DNA from: a virus | Length of the DNA stretch: 64,000 nt | IMG/VR virus record: IMGVR_UViG_3300020213_000027 | Span: 15,845-79,844 of that record | Direction: 5' to 3' (one strand) | Part shown: in pieces, positions 50,593 to 60,406 of the stretch | Position numbering within the stretch: the stretch's first letter is position 1 | Layout: each line of letters starts with the position of its first letter | The notes under the pieces: generated by a model | The model's database searches: none | What the model was told of the DNA's origin: nothing | The model's input: only the letters and a program-made list of their open reading frames with translations | Made by a program: the position numbers and the translations under genes

Positions 50593-51548
50593 TATTTCTT
50601 CTTTCCACCCGTACTAGAAATACTATTACTAACACTATTACCAATGTTTGCTGCAGTTTGTTGAGTTTGGGCAGCTTGTTCTTGATAAACCTTTGACATA
50701 TCCTGCATTGCGCCAGCTTGAACTTGACCAAGTTTAAGTTTATTTTCAAAATCTTTTTGTGCTAAAGATTTATTATATTGTTGTTCTTCATTAGATAGTC
50801 CTACATTAGCATTACTAATCGCTTGTTTATTAGCAAGATTTTGAGATTGCGCTTGATTTTTGGCTTGTATATTAGCAGTATGAACTTGCTGAGCATTCAT
50901 TGAATTATATTTATTTATCACATCCTGAGCTTGAGCTTTTTGAGCTTCTTGTGAAAATTCTTGAGATCCAATTTGTCCGCCAAGTTGTCCAGATTGCATA
51001 ATAGCTTGTAATGCTCGTTGAGAAGCTTGTGCTCCAATATCTAGTCCTTGTTGAGATGCTCTATTGGCAGCTCCTTGAGAAGAAATTAATCTTGCAGCAG
51101 TTTCTTCACCAGCTCCACCAATACCTCTTTGTTGCATTCCTTGCAATATACTTTGTTGTCTCGCATTTTCTTCTTGCGCAACTTGATTTCTAATTTTTGA
51201 TAGAGCAGCTTCATCTTCAGGTCTAAGTCCAGAAACACTTAGTTGTTGAAGTGATTGTAATGCTCCCATTTGAGCTTGTTTAAGTCTAGGATCAACTTGT
51301 ATATCCTTCATTAAAGAAGGAGCAGCTTCAATAGCTTGTTGCATTTCAGGAGCTACTTCACCAGCTGAAATATATTTTTCAAGCTGAATCTTCATTGCTT
51401 CAGCATCAGGAGTATTAATATTTTGAAGTTTTAAAAGTGCATCTTTTTGTAAATCAAGAGCCGACTTTTTATCACCAGCAGAAGCTGCTGCACCAGCAGC
51501 ACCAGCTGTTATAGCTACACCAACTGCGATTAATGCAATTATTGGCAT
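50592..51548 (-). CDS. Pilot/ejection protein
   Basis: Gly/Ala-rich hydrophobic N-terminus, Gln/Ala-rich coiled coil. Confidence 0.6.
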   Translation of the reverse strand: MPIIALIAVGVAITAGAAGAAASAGDKKSALDLQKDALLKLQNINTPDAEAMKIQLEKYISAGEVAPEMQQAIEAAPSLMKDIQVDPRLKQAQMGALQSLQQLSVSGLRPEDEAALSKIRNQVAQEENARQQSILQGMQQRGIGGAGEETAARLISSQGAANRASQQGLDIGAQASQRALQAIMQSGQLGGQIGSQEFSQEAQKAQAQDVINKYNSMNAQQVHTANIQAKNQAQSQNLANKQAISNANVGLSNEEQQYNKSLAQKDFENKLKLGQVQAGAMQDMSKVYQEQAAQTQQTAANIGNSVSNSISSTGGKKK

Positions 51549-51549
51549 A

Positions 51550-51951
51550 TTATAAAGTCCTCGAAAAAGATGAAAGGTTATCTGAAACTCTTGTTAATCC
51601 CATATGTACATATTTATTTTTTAATTTTTCTTCTAAAGCATAACCAAAGATATTTTTGTAACCTTTTGATCTAGAGTAAGAAAAAATGTGATCCCAAAGT
51701 AAAGATAAAATAGATTCTAAATTTATAGATTTAAACTTTGGATTTTTAATACAAAGCTCTAAAAAACAAATTTGCTTACTTTGAGTAAACAAAACACTTT
51801 GCGAAATTACTGGCTGATTATCAACTTCTAATATGAATGTGCCATCTTCACAAAACATTCCTTCTAGAGGTTTAGGTTGATTATAACCTTCATACCAAGA
51901 GCATAAAGTTTCAAAATCGCTGTGTTGATAAGATCTAATATTGTAATTCAT
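51550..51951 (-). CDS. GNAT-fold-like virion assembly protein
   Basis: IRSYQHSD start, SRSKGYKNI, YVHMGL; position typical of podovirus GNAT-like genes. Confidence 0.5.
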   Translation of the reverse strand: MNYNIRSYQHSDFETLCSWYEGYNQPKPLEGMFCEDGTFILEVDNQPVISQSVLFTQSKQICFLELCIKNPKFKSINLESILSLLWDHIFSYSRSKGYKNIFGYALEEKLKNKYVHMGLTRVSDNLSSFSRTL

Positions 51952-51952
51952 A

Positions 51953-53503
51953 TTATACTACTTTATACTTTCTTTTACCACCATGTCTTTCAATTTCACC
52001 TTGAACAATTTCCAATGCGTTTAACATGTCATTTTTTCTTGATATATAATATGGTCGAAACTCTGGTTCAACGTTTTGAGCAACTTGATCAAATATATTT
52101 GCCATATTTTGAAATTGTACAACAGCTTCCATAGGATTTTTGGATATTTCGCCGGGACTATTTATCATAGAATTTGCATCCTTTATGAGATATGCACCTG
52201 AGCTTCGTTTTATCACGGGGTTTAATCCTTTTCTTGGGTCTTTTAATAAAGATGCGGCTTGTTTAACATATTGATTTCCTTGCGTCAAATCCTCAAATAT
52301 CTTATTTAAATTTGATTTATTTTGTTGTTGTAATCCTTGTAAAGTTTTTTTATCAACACTATAAGGATCTTCTTTAGCAAACGATCCTGCTGCCGTATTA
52401 CCGGCAAATGACTCTAGTACTTTACCCCCTTCACCAGTAATATTTCCACCAGCTAATTTACTTAAAGCTTGAATTTCAGCTTGTTTTTTAGGAGTTAAAA
52501 CATTTTGAGCAGTTGCTGTAGTTGTTCCTTGTTTAAAAATTGTTGCCAATTGATCAGGATTAAGAAAAGTCAAATCTTCTAGTGTTAAGCCTAATTTAGT
52601 TAAATCAGCTTGTGAAATTTCACCACGTAAAGCTCTTTGTATAGCTTGTTGAGTAGTTGTGGATCTTTGTTCATCAGCCTGTTTAGCAGCAGTACTAGCT
52701 TCTGTTCCAAATACATTTATAGTTTTTAGTAAGGCGGCTAGAGTATCGCTACTAGTTTTTTCTGCTTCAGTTGTATAACCTTCTGCTGCCGTTTTGGCGG
52801 AATCAACACCTGCTTTAATATTGGTAGAAAGACCAGCAGATAATGGATTAACTTCTTGAAGTTTTTGTAATTGTTCTGGATCACCTTGAAGTAATAATTG
52901 ATCAAGAGATTGTTGTCCATGACCATAAGTTGGAGTATGATAAAGCTTATTAAGTAAAGCAAATCTACCGTGTTCAGTACCAGCTAAATTCGCAGTTCCT
53001 TGAAATTGTTGGGCTTGTTCTAATAGTTGTTGTCCACCTGACAATCCTGTAGGACCTCCATATGCAGCATTTGCCATTTTTTGAAAAGCAGATAAATTAT
53101 CTTGACTTTCTACAAATTGAGAAGGATCAGCTAAAGCTTGATTTACAAAATTTGGATCATATGTTGTTCTTCCAGCTTCAGATTGGGTATTAAATGCTTG
53201 GTGCTGTTTTCCTAATTCTTGATCAATATTTCCAGCTTTTCTTGATAAATTTGAATAAATCTTACCAGCTAATCCTCCACCTTGTTGATTAAATCCTTTA
53301 TTAGCATCAATATAGGATTGAAGATTAGTAAAACGTCCGCTAGAAGTAGGAGCAGATTTCACTGTAGGAGCAGCAGCAGATGATTCTGGAGCAGGAGCAC
53401 CACCTAATTGAATAGGTTTAGGAGCGCTCGCATCTGCAGGAGCATTAGGATCATTAGGATCATTAGGATCTTTTATTGGCTTTAAATTTTGAACTACAGC
53501 CAT
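51953..53503 (-). CDS. Virion/ejection protein
   Basis: Ala/Gln-rich, DPN repeats, own late-promoter motif. Confidence 0.45.
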   Translation of the reverse strand: MAVVQNLKPIKDPNDPNDPNAPADASAPKPIQLGGAPAPESSAAAPTVKSAPTSSGRFTNLQSYIDANKGFNQQGGGLAGKIYSNLSRKAGNIDQELGKQHQAFNTQSEAGRTTYDPNFVNQALADPSQFVESQDNLSAFQKMANAAYGGPTGLSGGQQLLEQAQQFQGTANLAGTEHGRFALLNKLYHTPTYGHGQQSLDQLLLQGDPEQLQKLQEVNPLSAGLSTNIKAGVDSAKTAAEGYTTEAEKTSSDTLAALLKTINVFGTEASTAAKQADEQRSTTTQQAIQRALRGEISQADLTKLGLTLEDLTFLNPDQLATIFKQGTTTATAQNVLTPKKQAEIQALSKLAGGNITGEGGKVLESFAGNTAAGSFAKEDPYSVDKKTLQGLQQQNKSNLNKIFEDLTQGNQYVKQAASLLKDPRKGLNPVIKRSSGAYLIKDANSMINSPGEISKNPMEAVVQFQNMANIFDQVAQNVEPEFRPYYISRKNDMLNALEIVQGEIERHGGKRKYKVV

Positions 53504-53513
53504 GTCATAGCCT

Positions 53514-53532
53514 CTATACTTACTTGTTAAAT
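53514..53532 (-). promoter_or_regulatory. Putative late promoter TTAACAAG-N6-TAG
   Basis: TTAACAAGTAAGTATAG upstream of 53503. Confidence 0.6.
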
Positions 53533-53533
53533 T

Positions 53534-53946
53534 TTAAGTGTATAATATTGCGCGTAATTGATAAATATTATTTACTGCTAACCCTGTGATTTTACTAATA
53601 GTTATTTGTCCACTGCTATCTCTAAAAGTTATAAAAGGTGTAGAAGTGGGTGAATTGTCTACATTTGTTTGATTTGTTGCATAAATTACTTGCATACCAA
53701 CACAAGTAGATTTTAAACCAGAAGTTAATACCAAAGAACTTTGAGGAATACCGTTTGAATCTACAGTGACAGTAAAGGTTTTTTTTGCTTGGGCTAGGTT
53801 ATCATCAATAGATAGGTTCTTATCTAAAATATTTAATATCTCATCTGCAAAAATATTAATAGAAGATGCGATCTTACCTACTAAAGCCCGTTCAGCTTCA
53901 GGAAAATCTTCAACAATAATACGTTTAAAACTTTGAGGCTTTGACA
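53534..53946 (-). CDS. Virion protein (start likely MSKPQS)
   Basis: ATG just downstream of the nozzle stop; beta-rich C-terminus. Confidence 0.5.
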
Positions 53947-53948
53947 TC

Positions 53949-56900
53949 CTATCTCCATCCACGTTGTGAAACTGGATTAAAGGAAATAGAAATACCATAT
54001 AAAGAAAATATTTCTCTTGCATAGGAATGTTGAAATCTACATCTTAAATAGCGCAGTCTTTGTTTTTCTCTTGGAATATAAGTTCTAAAAGGAACTCCAC
54101 TTCCATTACCACCAAATATACCTTGTCCAAATATTGTATTACCAAATGTACCAGGACCATTTCCATTAATATCTATAGATTCAAAATCAGCACTTAAATC
54201 AGAACTATAAGAAACAGTTGCCTGAGTAAAGCTACTATCTTCAAATATAAAAGTTCCTTCACTTGCTTGTTTAGTAATAGAAACATCCGTTAAAAATTGT
54301 GGAACAAATTCTAATTCTGTATTAATATGATTATATACTATAACGGGACCGACGATTAAAGGATATTCAAAATTAGTTGTAATTTTCGATGTTGAGGTAT
54401 TTACAGATAAAACAGGCAACTCATAAAAAGTTGTTCCTGATGAAGACATATAGTTACTATAGGAAACACCAACGTCACTATTTAATAGAGTTATTAAACT
54501 ATTAAAATTAGTTTGTAATGCAGAAAATGATGCAGATCCTAATCCAATTAATGCAGTATAAGAAGCATTGGCTGTAAATCCAACAACCGACTGTCTTCCA
54601 GAATCATCTCTAATTTTTGTAATTAATATATCTAATTGACTACTTAAATTTATACTTGCAGAAGCTGCCAATAAAGAAGAATAATTTGAGTCACTTAATA
54701 GACTATCATTATCTAATTTAGTTAATAACCTATTAAATTGATTGATTGTTAAATATTGAGTTTGAATTAATACATCACTTATAGATATATTTGAAACAGA
54801 AGAAAGAGATATAGATGTTCCTACTACTCCTCCTGACAAGATAGTTAGATCAAATTCTCTATCTGCAAAATCAGTTCTATCAAAAGTTTTTCTTTCTTCT
54901 TCAATATAATTAGTATTAATTGGTCCAAAATATAATTTATCATTACTAGGATTAACAAGTCCACATCTTTTTGATAAGTCTAAAATAGTCCAAGTATTTG
55001 TAAAGGTATTAAATCTCAAACATTGAGTAGCATAAGTATCAGAAGTATTTTTTACCGTTGAAATATAGTAAGCTCTATCACTTTCGTAAGAAATTCCAAA
55101 AGTTGCAGTAGTAAAGTTTGTATATTGAGTAGTCAATAAAGGAATTAATTTATCTTCAATTGGACGACTAATAATAGAAACGCCACTATCTGAAACAGTA
55201 TTTATACCTTGGTTACTAAACATGTAGATTAAATTATTAAGAACAACAGCACTATCAGGAGCTTTTATAATAGTACTAAAATCAAAAGGATAAACTTGAA
55301 AAGGAGCACTAAGTCCAGAAAGACGATATATCCCTTCTTCTTTTAGAATAAATAAACTATCCCTTAGTCCTAACACTCTTATAATTGCTTTATCTTTAGG
55401 TCCAACATCAATAAAATTTAAAATTGGCACAGCTTCTGGTTGTTGGAATTTACTATAATACATCCTATTTGGAGAAACTTCACTATCAGAAGATACGGTA
55501 CTACCGGAAACTGGTAAATTTGGTGTAAATTGTATACCAGTACTTGATGCGCTATTAACATTTAAATAAAAAGCTATTTGATCTAATTTTCTAGCTTCAA
55601 GATTCATTGCTCCAGGAATTTCATCAACTCCAGAGAGATAAAATGCATTAGTAATTTCTGTTGATTGACTATTAATAATTCTAACCAAAGATCTTGCTGT
55701 TTCATCTACTTGTTGACTAGGCGTAGCAAATTGAGAAAGAGCTACTTGTTTGGCCGAAATACTTTCAGTTGCAAAAACTATGGTTGTTCCTACATTAGAA
55801 GCAGTAGCTGATTGCGATATTTCTATTGAAGTTCCACTTATAATTCTAACTATATAAGTTCCATCTTCAAAATCTGCACCAGAAAGAGAAAGACCTGCTG
55901 TTAAACCGGCAGTGGTAGAAATATTATCGACTGTTGTATTAGTATGAGTATTTCCAGTTAATGAGGTCGTTTTAAAAGTGTATGTATTGGTTGTAGTTCC
56001 ATCAGTAATAGTAAATGTAGAAGTTCCAGAAACAAGTTGTGATGTAGATAATAAAGAAAGATTTAATTTTTGTTTAGTCTGAGTATTTGCAAAAAATGTA
56101 TAATTTTTAAAAGAGGTGATATCTTTGGCTAAAGGAGGAATGTCGTTAGCTTGAGCAATACCTTCTCCACTATTTGCATTAGTATATAAATTAGCTCCTC
56201 TGAAAGAGCTAGGAGTAATATCTGTGACTGTTAAAAATCCTGCAGTTAAATCTGAAATGGAAGGATTACTCTCATATACTAAAGCTTGCTCATCACCTGG
56301 ATCAATATCTAATGATTGAACGACAGTCAGAGTTACTCCAGTATTTGTTGCGGTCGCTGCATTAGATATAACAATAGAAGTTCCACTTGAAATAGAAGTA
56401 ATTGTTGTTGATGCTGGTATTCCTGTTCCAGTAATCACCATTCCCGAAACTAAAGAAGAAGTATCTGCTATATTAGATATAGTCGTATTAAGATTAGTAG
56501 TGTTTCCAGTAAAAGCAAATGTACTAACTGTAGAAAAAGTGTCAGTTCTATAAACTTGATAAAAATGTGAAGTAGTTACGACTTTAGGAATCGTTATTCT
56601 TAAATTAACTGTTTTAGAAAGTGTTGCATTTAGATTTTCTATAATGACACGTTCACTAGGTGTCCCAAGAATAAGATTTTGATTGGCGTCCTTTATTCCC
56701 CAAACTATCCTATAGGCAATAATACTACTAGGACTTAAAAATCCAACATTATTATTAATATCAGCTTTTAAATCTAAAGCTTTTATACCACCAGAATTAG
56801 TAATTACAGCAGAAGATAATCCTGAAGCAGATAGAACAGATATTTTTTTAGTGCCTTCTGAAGACGTAAAATAAAAATTACCATTTTGTTCAATACCTTT

Positions 56901-57428
56901 AAGACGTAATCCTGTTGATACTTCTTGAATTTTAAAAGTAAATGTTATAGTTATTCCAGTAAGTGAAGAAGCTGTAGCACTAGAGATTACAATTGCTGTA
57001 TTGCTAGTGATTGAAGAAATAGTTGCAGTAGAGGGAATACCTGTACCCGATACAAACATTCCTACAAATAGTTGTGCGGTGCTAGAAAGATTGTCAATTG
57101 TTGTGTTAGTATGAGTATTTCCAGTTAATTGGAGACTAAAAGGTGTAAATGTGCCGGTACCATTACTATCATACTCTAATTTTTCACCCGCAGATGCTCC
57201 ATAATGTCTAAGAAGTCTACCTTTATAATTTAATAATTGATGAGCAGTATTAGATACACTACTACCCATAGCGCTACCATAGATTTTAAATCCGCGTCTT
57301 GATTCAGCAATATTATCTCTATTGATAACAATGTTACTTGCAGTTAAAAGTGCGCCTTGGGGAATACTGGACAAGAGATTTGGAAAAGAGTATAATCCCG
57401 CAGATTTTAAAAGTACGTTCTGAGCCAT
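53949..57428 (-). CDS. Tail tubular protein B/nozzle-like protein with three repeated beta inserts
   Basis: NRMYYSK.QPEAVP, RDSLFILKEEGIY beta-propeller-type motifs; TGNTHTNTT...G..VSGTGIP repeats. Confidence 0.65.
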   Translation of the reverse strand: MAQNVLLKSAGLYSFPNLLSSIPQGALLTASNIVINRDNIAESRRGFKIYGSAMGSSVSNTAHQLLNYKGRLLRHYGASAGEKLEYDSNGTGTFTPFSLQLTGNTHTNTTIDNLSSTAQLFVGMFVSGTGIPSTATISSITSNTAIVISSATASSLTGITITFTFKIQEVSTGLRLKGIEQNGNFYFTSSEGTKKISVLSASGLSSAVITNSGGIKALDLKADINNNVGFLSPSSIIAYRIVWGIKDANQNLILGTPSERVIIENLNATLSKTVNLRITIPKVVTTSHFYQVYRTDTFSTVSTFAFTGNTTNLNTTISNIADTSSLVSGMVITGTGIPASTTITSISSGTSIVISNAATATNTGVTLTVVQSLDIDPGDEQALVYESNPSISDLTAGFLTVTDITPSSFRGANLYTNANSGEGIAQANDIPPLAKDITSFKNYTFFANTQTKQKLNLSLLSTSQLVSGTSTFTITDGTTTNTYTFKTTSLTGNTHTNTTVDNISTTAGLTAGLSLSGADFEDGTYIVRIISGTSIEISQSATASNVGTTIVFATESISAKQVALSQFATPSQQVDETARSLVRIINSQSTEITNAFYLSGVDEIPGAMNLEARKLDQIAFYLNVNSASSTGIQFTPNLPVSGSTVSSDSEVSPNRMYYSKFQQPEAVPILNFIDVGPKDKAIIRVLGLRDSLFILKEEGIYRLSGLSAPFQVYPFDFSTIIKAPDSAVVLNNLIYMFSNQGINTVSDSGVSIISRPIEDKLIPLLTTQYTNFTTATFGISYESDRAYYISTVKNTSDTYATQCLRFNTFTNTWTILDLSKRCGLVNPSNDKLYFGPINTNYIEEERKTFDRTDFADREFDLTILSGGVVGTSISLSSVSNISISDVLIQTQYLTINQFNRLLTKLDNDSLLSDSNYSSLLAASASINLSSQLDILITKIRDDSGRQSVVGFTANASYTALIGLGSASFSALQTNFNSLITLLNSDVGVSYSNYMSSSGTTFYELPVLSVNTSTSKITTNFEYPLIVGPVIVYNHINTELEFVPQFLTDVSITKQASEGTFIFEDSSFTQATVSYSSDLSADFESIDINGNGPGTFGNTIFGQGIFGGNGSGVPFRTYIPREKQRLRYLRCRFQHSYAREIFSLYGISISFNPVSQRGWR

Positions 57429-58430
57429 TTAATATCCTGATCGATATCTTTGTATTTTTGCATTTCTAAGTAGGCCGCGCATATTGACAACTTTTTGTGG
57501 ATTACCTTCAGATCTATTATCTATTAAAGTCCCAATATTTTTTTCCATTTCAGAAAGTTTAGCCGTTGCTAATTGAGCGCCTTGAAGATCGCCTAATGCT
57601 TGCATAACTCTTTGTATCACCCGTTGAACAAGTACTTCATGTAAATCAGAAGGAATTTGAGGGATAATACACTCACCAGCAAAACTAAGATAATCACCTA
57701 GAATAACTGTTGAATCAACATCAGTGCTAGTAACAGTAATAGTTTTAGTAGTAGTATTAATTGCAGTAGGGACAATATCAAAACTTATTGTTTTGTGGCC
57801 AGGCCTTCTTTGTAAAAGATCTAACTTAGAAGTTAAAGAAAATCCAGAAATTGTAACTCCATCTTGAACAAAAGGAGTAAGATTTTGGGGAATTTGATCT
57901 ACTGTATAAGTTGTAGTAGTTGCACCAACAGAAATTCCTGTAATTGTAGCAGCTCTTGATTCCTCTACTAAATCATTAGGACGTATATAATACGTAAATA
58001 CTAAAGAGCCAGAAGGAGTTGCACCAACATCAGGTACCAAAACTACTTCATTTCCTTGGAGATAGAAATAAATAAATCTGTTTTGGAAACTAGATTGCTG
58101 ATAAAGAGGCCTATGATCAGGACTAATACGGGACATTGATCTCAATTGGCCTTGAGTATCTTTATAAAATACTTCTCGAAATTTTCCGCCAGTTGCTCTA
58201 TAAGGTATAGCATAACTACTCTGATTTGCAACTATAGTAATAGCGGCACTATCTCTAGTAAAATATTCCTCATGATAAATTAATATAGCAGGAAGCATAC
58301 TAATCTTTAATTCTTGATTAGCCATAGCTAAAAAATCTGCATCAGTGAAGGTATTTTGGCTAGTAGGAACCATGCCTTCACGTTTAACAGTTTCTATTAG
58401 AGAACTTGAGGTGAGATAGCCAACCGGCAT
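57429..58430 (-). CDS. Tail adaptor/tubular protein A-like
   Basis: Position before the nozzle; LAMANQE, YAIP, IPSDLHEVL motifs. Confidence 0.55.
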   Translation of the reverse strand: MPVGYLTSSSLIETVKREGMVPTSQNTFTDADFLAMANQELKISMLPAILIYHEEYFTRDSAAITIVANQSSYAIPYRATGGKFREVFYKDTQGQLRSMSRISPDHRPLYQQSSFQNRFIYFYLQGNEVVLVPDVGATPSGSLVFTYYIRPNDLVEESRAATITGISVGATTTTYTVDQIPQNLTPFVQDGVTISGFSLTSKLDLLQRRPGHKTISFDIVPTAINTTTKTITVTSTDVDSTVILGDYLSFAGECIIPQIPSDLHEVLVQRVIQRVMQALGDLQGAQLATAKLSEMEKNIGTLIDNRSEGNPQKVVNMRGLLRNAKIQRYRSGY

Positions 58431-58477
58431 GATCTACTCCTTAACATTACAATTCATATGATTTTGAAGCAACTAAC

Positions 58478-58876
58478 TTAAGCTTGAGATTTTTTAAGTT
58501 TAGTAAGAAGCATTTGAAGTTGGTCAATTTCTTCAGAAGAAAGTTCACCTTCTGCTTTTTCTTCTTCAGGACTTTCAGCAGATTCTTCCATATCAGATTC
58601 ACCTTCTTCAGATGCATCTTCTTCAGATTCGCCTTCAGGACCAGAAGGATCACCAATAAGTTCTTTTGCCTTATCAAGACCTTTAGCAAGACCTTCTGTA
58701 GAATTAGAGGCTACTTTAACTTCCTTCATTTTTTCAGGAGAAAGATCACTCTTCATCATTCTAGTCATTTCATCTTTAAGAGCTTTGAGCATACTCATTT
58801 TACTCTCTTTATACATAGGGTCCATTTGTTTGCCCTCTTGCTTTTTCTTTTCCATCAATTTCATCAATTTTTCCAT
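58478..58876 (-). CDS. Acidic hypothetical protein
   Basis: E/S-rich C-terminus, RBS AGGAGA. Confidence 0.55.
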   Translation of the reverse strand: MEKLMKLMEKKKQEGKQMDPMYKESKMSMLKALKDEMTRMMKSDLSPEKMKEVKVASNSTEGLAKGLDKAKELIGDPSGPEGESEEDASEEGESDMEESAESPEEEKAEGELSSEEIDQLQMLLTKLKKSQA

Positions 58877-58891
58877 TTTTCTATCTCCTGT

Positions 58892-59323
58892 TTATTTAAT
58901 TAGTAATCCTATTAAGATTACGGTTTCTACTATCATTATTCCCCATACCAATAGAGGAACAACTTTAATCTCTTTTTCAATTTCTTTAATAACTTCTACT
59001 TCTTTTTCAATAATTCTATCTTTTAAAACTTCTATATATTTAGGAATTTCTATAAATTCTTTTTTTATAACTTCTTTAATAATCTCAATAGGAATTTCTA
59101 TAATTTTCTCTTCAATTACTTTTATTTCTTTAATAACTTCTACTTCTTTAATTCTCTCAACGAATTGAATCTGTGTTCTTTGAAGTTGATATTCTAATTC
59201 AGAAATTCTATTTTGTAAAAGAATAGCAGAATTATCATAAACGAAAAGAGGAGAAGAAATTTCTTCTACAGGAGTATTTGCTATTTCGGTATTTTCTTTG
59301 GGTCCTAAATAAATTTTACCCAT
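58892..59323 (-). CDS. EVIKE-repeat protein with C-terminal TM
   Basis: Low-complexity I/E/K/V repeat. Confidence 0.55.
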   Translation of the reverse strand: MGKIYLGPKENTEIANTPVEEISSPLFVYDNSAILLQNRISELEYQLQRTQIQFVERIKEVEVIKEIKVIEEKIIEIPIEIIKEVIKKEFIEIPKYIEVLKDRIIEKEVEVIKEIEKEIKVVPLLVWGIMIVETVILIGLLIK

Positions 59324-59811
59324 TATACGCCCTGTTTGACTAAGTAAATATTAAAAGTTCCAGAAGTGATAGCAGCAGCAATAGAAACTCTTGCACGTCT
59401 TGCAACAATAGAACTAGAAGCAGTACCAGCAACAACAGTTCCATTAACTAAACTAGGAGTGATAGTTAAAGTGGTAGCGATCCAAACATTGTCTGTATCA
59501 GAAGGAGACACTTCTAGAGTACAAATTTGAGCTCCAATAATAGTTGATGTGGTAGCTGTATAAAGATTAAAAGATTTGTATCCAGCGCAATCTGCAGCAT
59601 CAACAATTACACCAGTATTAGCATTCGTAATACTAGCTTTAGTTGAAATACTTAATCCTTTTTCAGCAATATTATCACCATCAGCAGCATCTAATGCAAC
59701 AGCAAAAGTAGTTCCAGAAGCCAATTCAATTCTAATTGAATCTGTACTTTCATTGTATATCTTTTTTACTATTTGACCATTATCTAATAAACTTGGACTT
59801 GGATTTGCCAT
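59323..59811 (-). CDS. Virion structural protein
   Basis: Beta-rich, Thr/Ala-rich, in the structural operon. Confidence 0.5.
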   Translation of the reverse strand: MANPSPSLLDNGQIVKKIYNESTDSIRIELASGTTFAVALDAADGDNIAEKGLSISTKASITNANTGVIVDAADCAGYKSFNLYTATTSTIIGAQICTLEVSPSDTDNVWIATTLTITPSLVNGTVVAGTASSSIVARRARVSIAAAITSGTFNIYLVKQGV

Positions 59812-59823
59812 AAAAAACTCCTA

Positions 59824-60378
59824 TTAAACCGAGGTAACGATTGATCTAAATTTTACTGTACCAGATACAAAACCAGAATAATTGGCATCAGTATATTGAA
59901 CTTGACCTGCCGTTGTAATACTAAAAACTACTAAAGATGCATCACCATTACTGGTTTGTGACATATCCCAAGAAGCTCCTTTTTGTATGCCTCTTAATGT
60001 AAATACTTCAAATAAATCAGTTGTTGCATCTATGGCAACAGAAACTAGAGCATCAAAAGATCTAACAGTGCTATTGGAAAAAGAAAGACCTGTCACATTT
60101 GCTGCAGCAGCTTGATTATTAGCTAAAGAAAAGCTTGTCTCTAGAATGTCACCAGATGAAGAACTAGCGAGGATGAGCCAACTAGTCGTAGAACCAGCAT
60201 CTAACTTCCTATAAGTCAATCCTGTGCTTGTATTGAGATATATAGAACCCTTTGGTGCAGAAGTAGCAACAGATGTTGGATCTACAGCACCACTTAATAT
60301 TTTTGCATTGCCAAATAAATCAATATTGGATTTAAGAGTTTTTGCATCATTTCCACTAAATATAATTGGCGCGCCCAC
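59824..60378 (-). CDS. Virion structural/fibre-associated protein
   Basis: GAVDPTS...APKGSIYLNT; ANNQAAAANVTGLSF. Confidence 0.55.
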   Translation of the reverse strand: MGAPIIFSGNDAKTLKSNIDLFGNAKILSGAVDPTSVATSAPKGSIYLNTSTGLTYRKLDAGSTTSWLILASSSSGDILETSFSLANNQAAAANVTGLSFSNSTVRSFDALVSVAIDATTDLFEVFTLRGIQKGASWDMSQTSNGDASLVVFSITTAGQVQYTDANYSGFVSGTVKFRSIVTSV

Positions 60379-60406
60379 TTAAAGTACCCTTCGGTAGTGT
60401 ATAGTA

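Noticed and set aside
58484-59168. Plus-strand Phe/Ile/Ser-rich ORFs
   Set aside because: Antisense shadows of Glu/Lys-rich minus-strand genes
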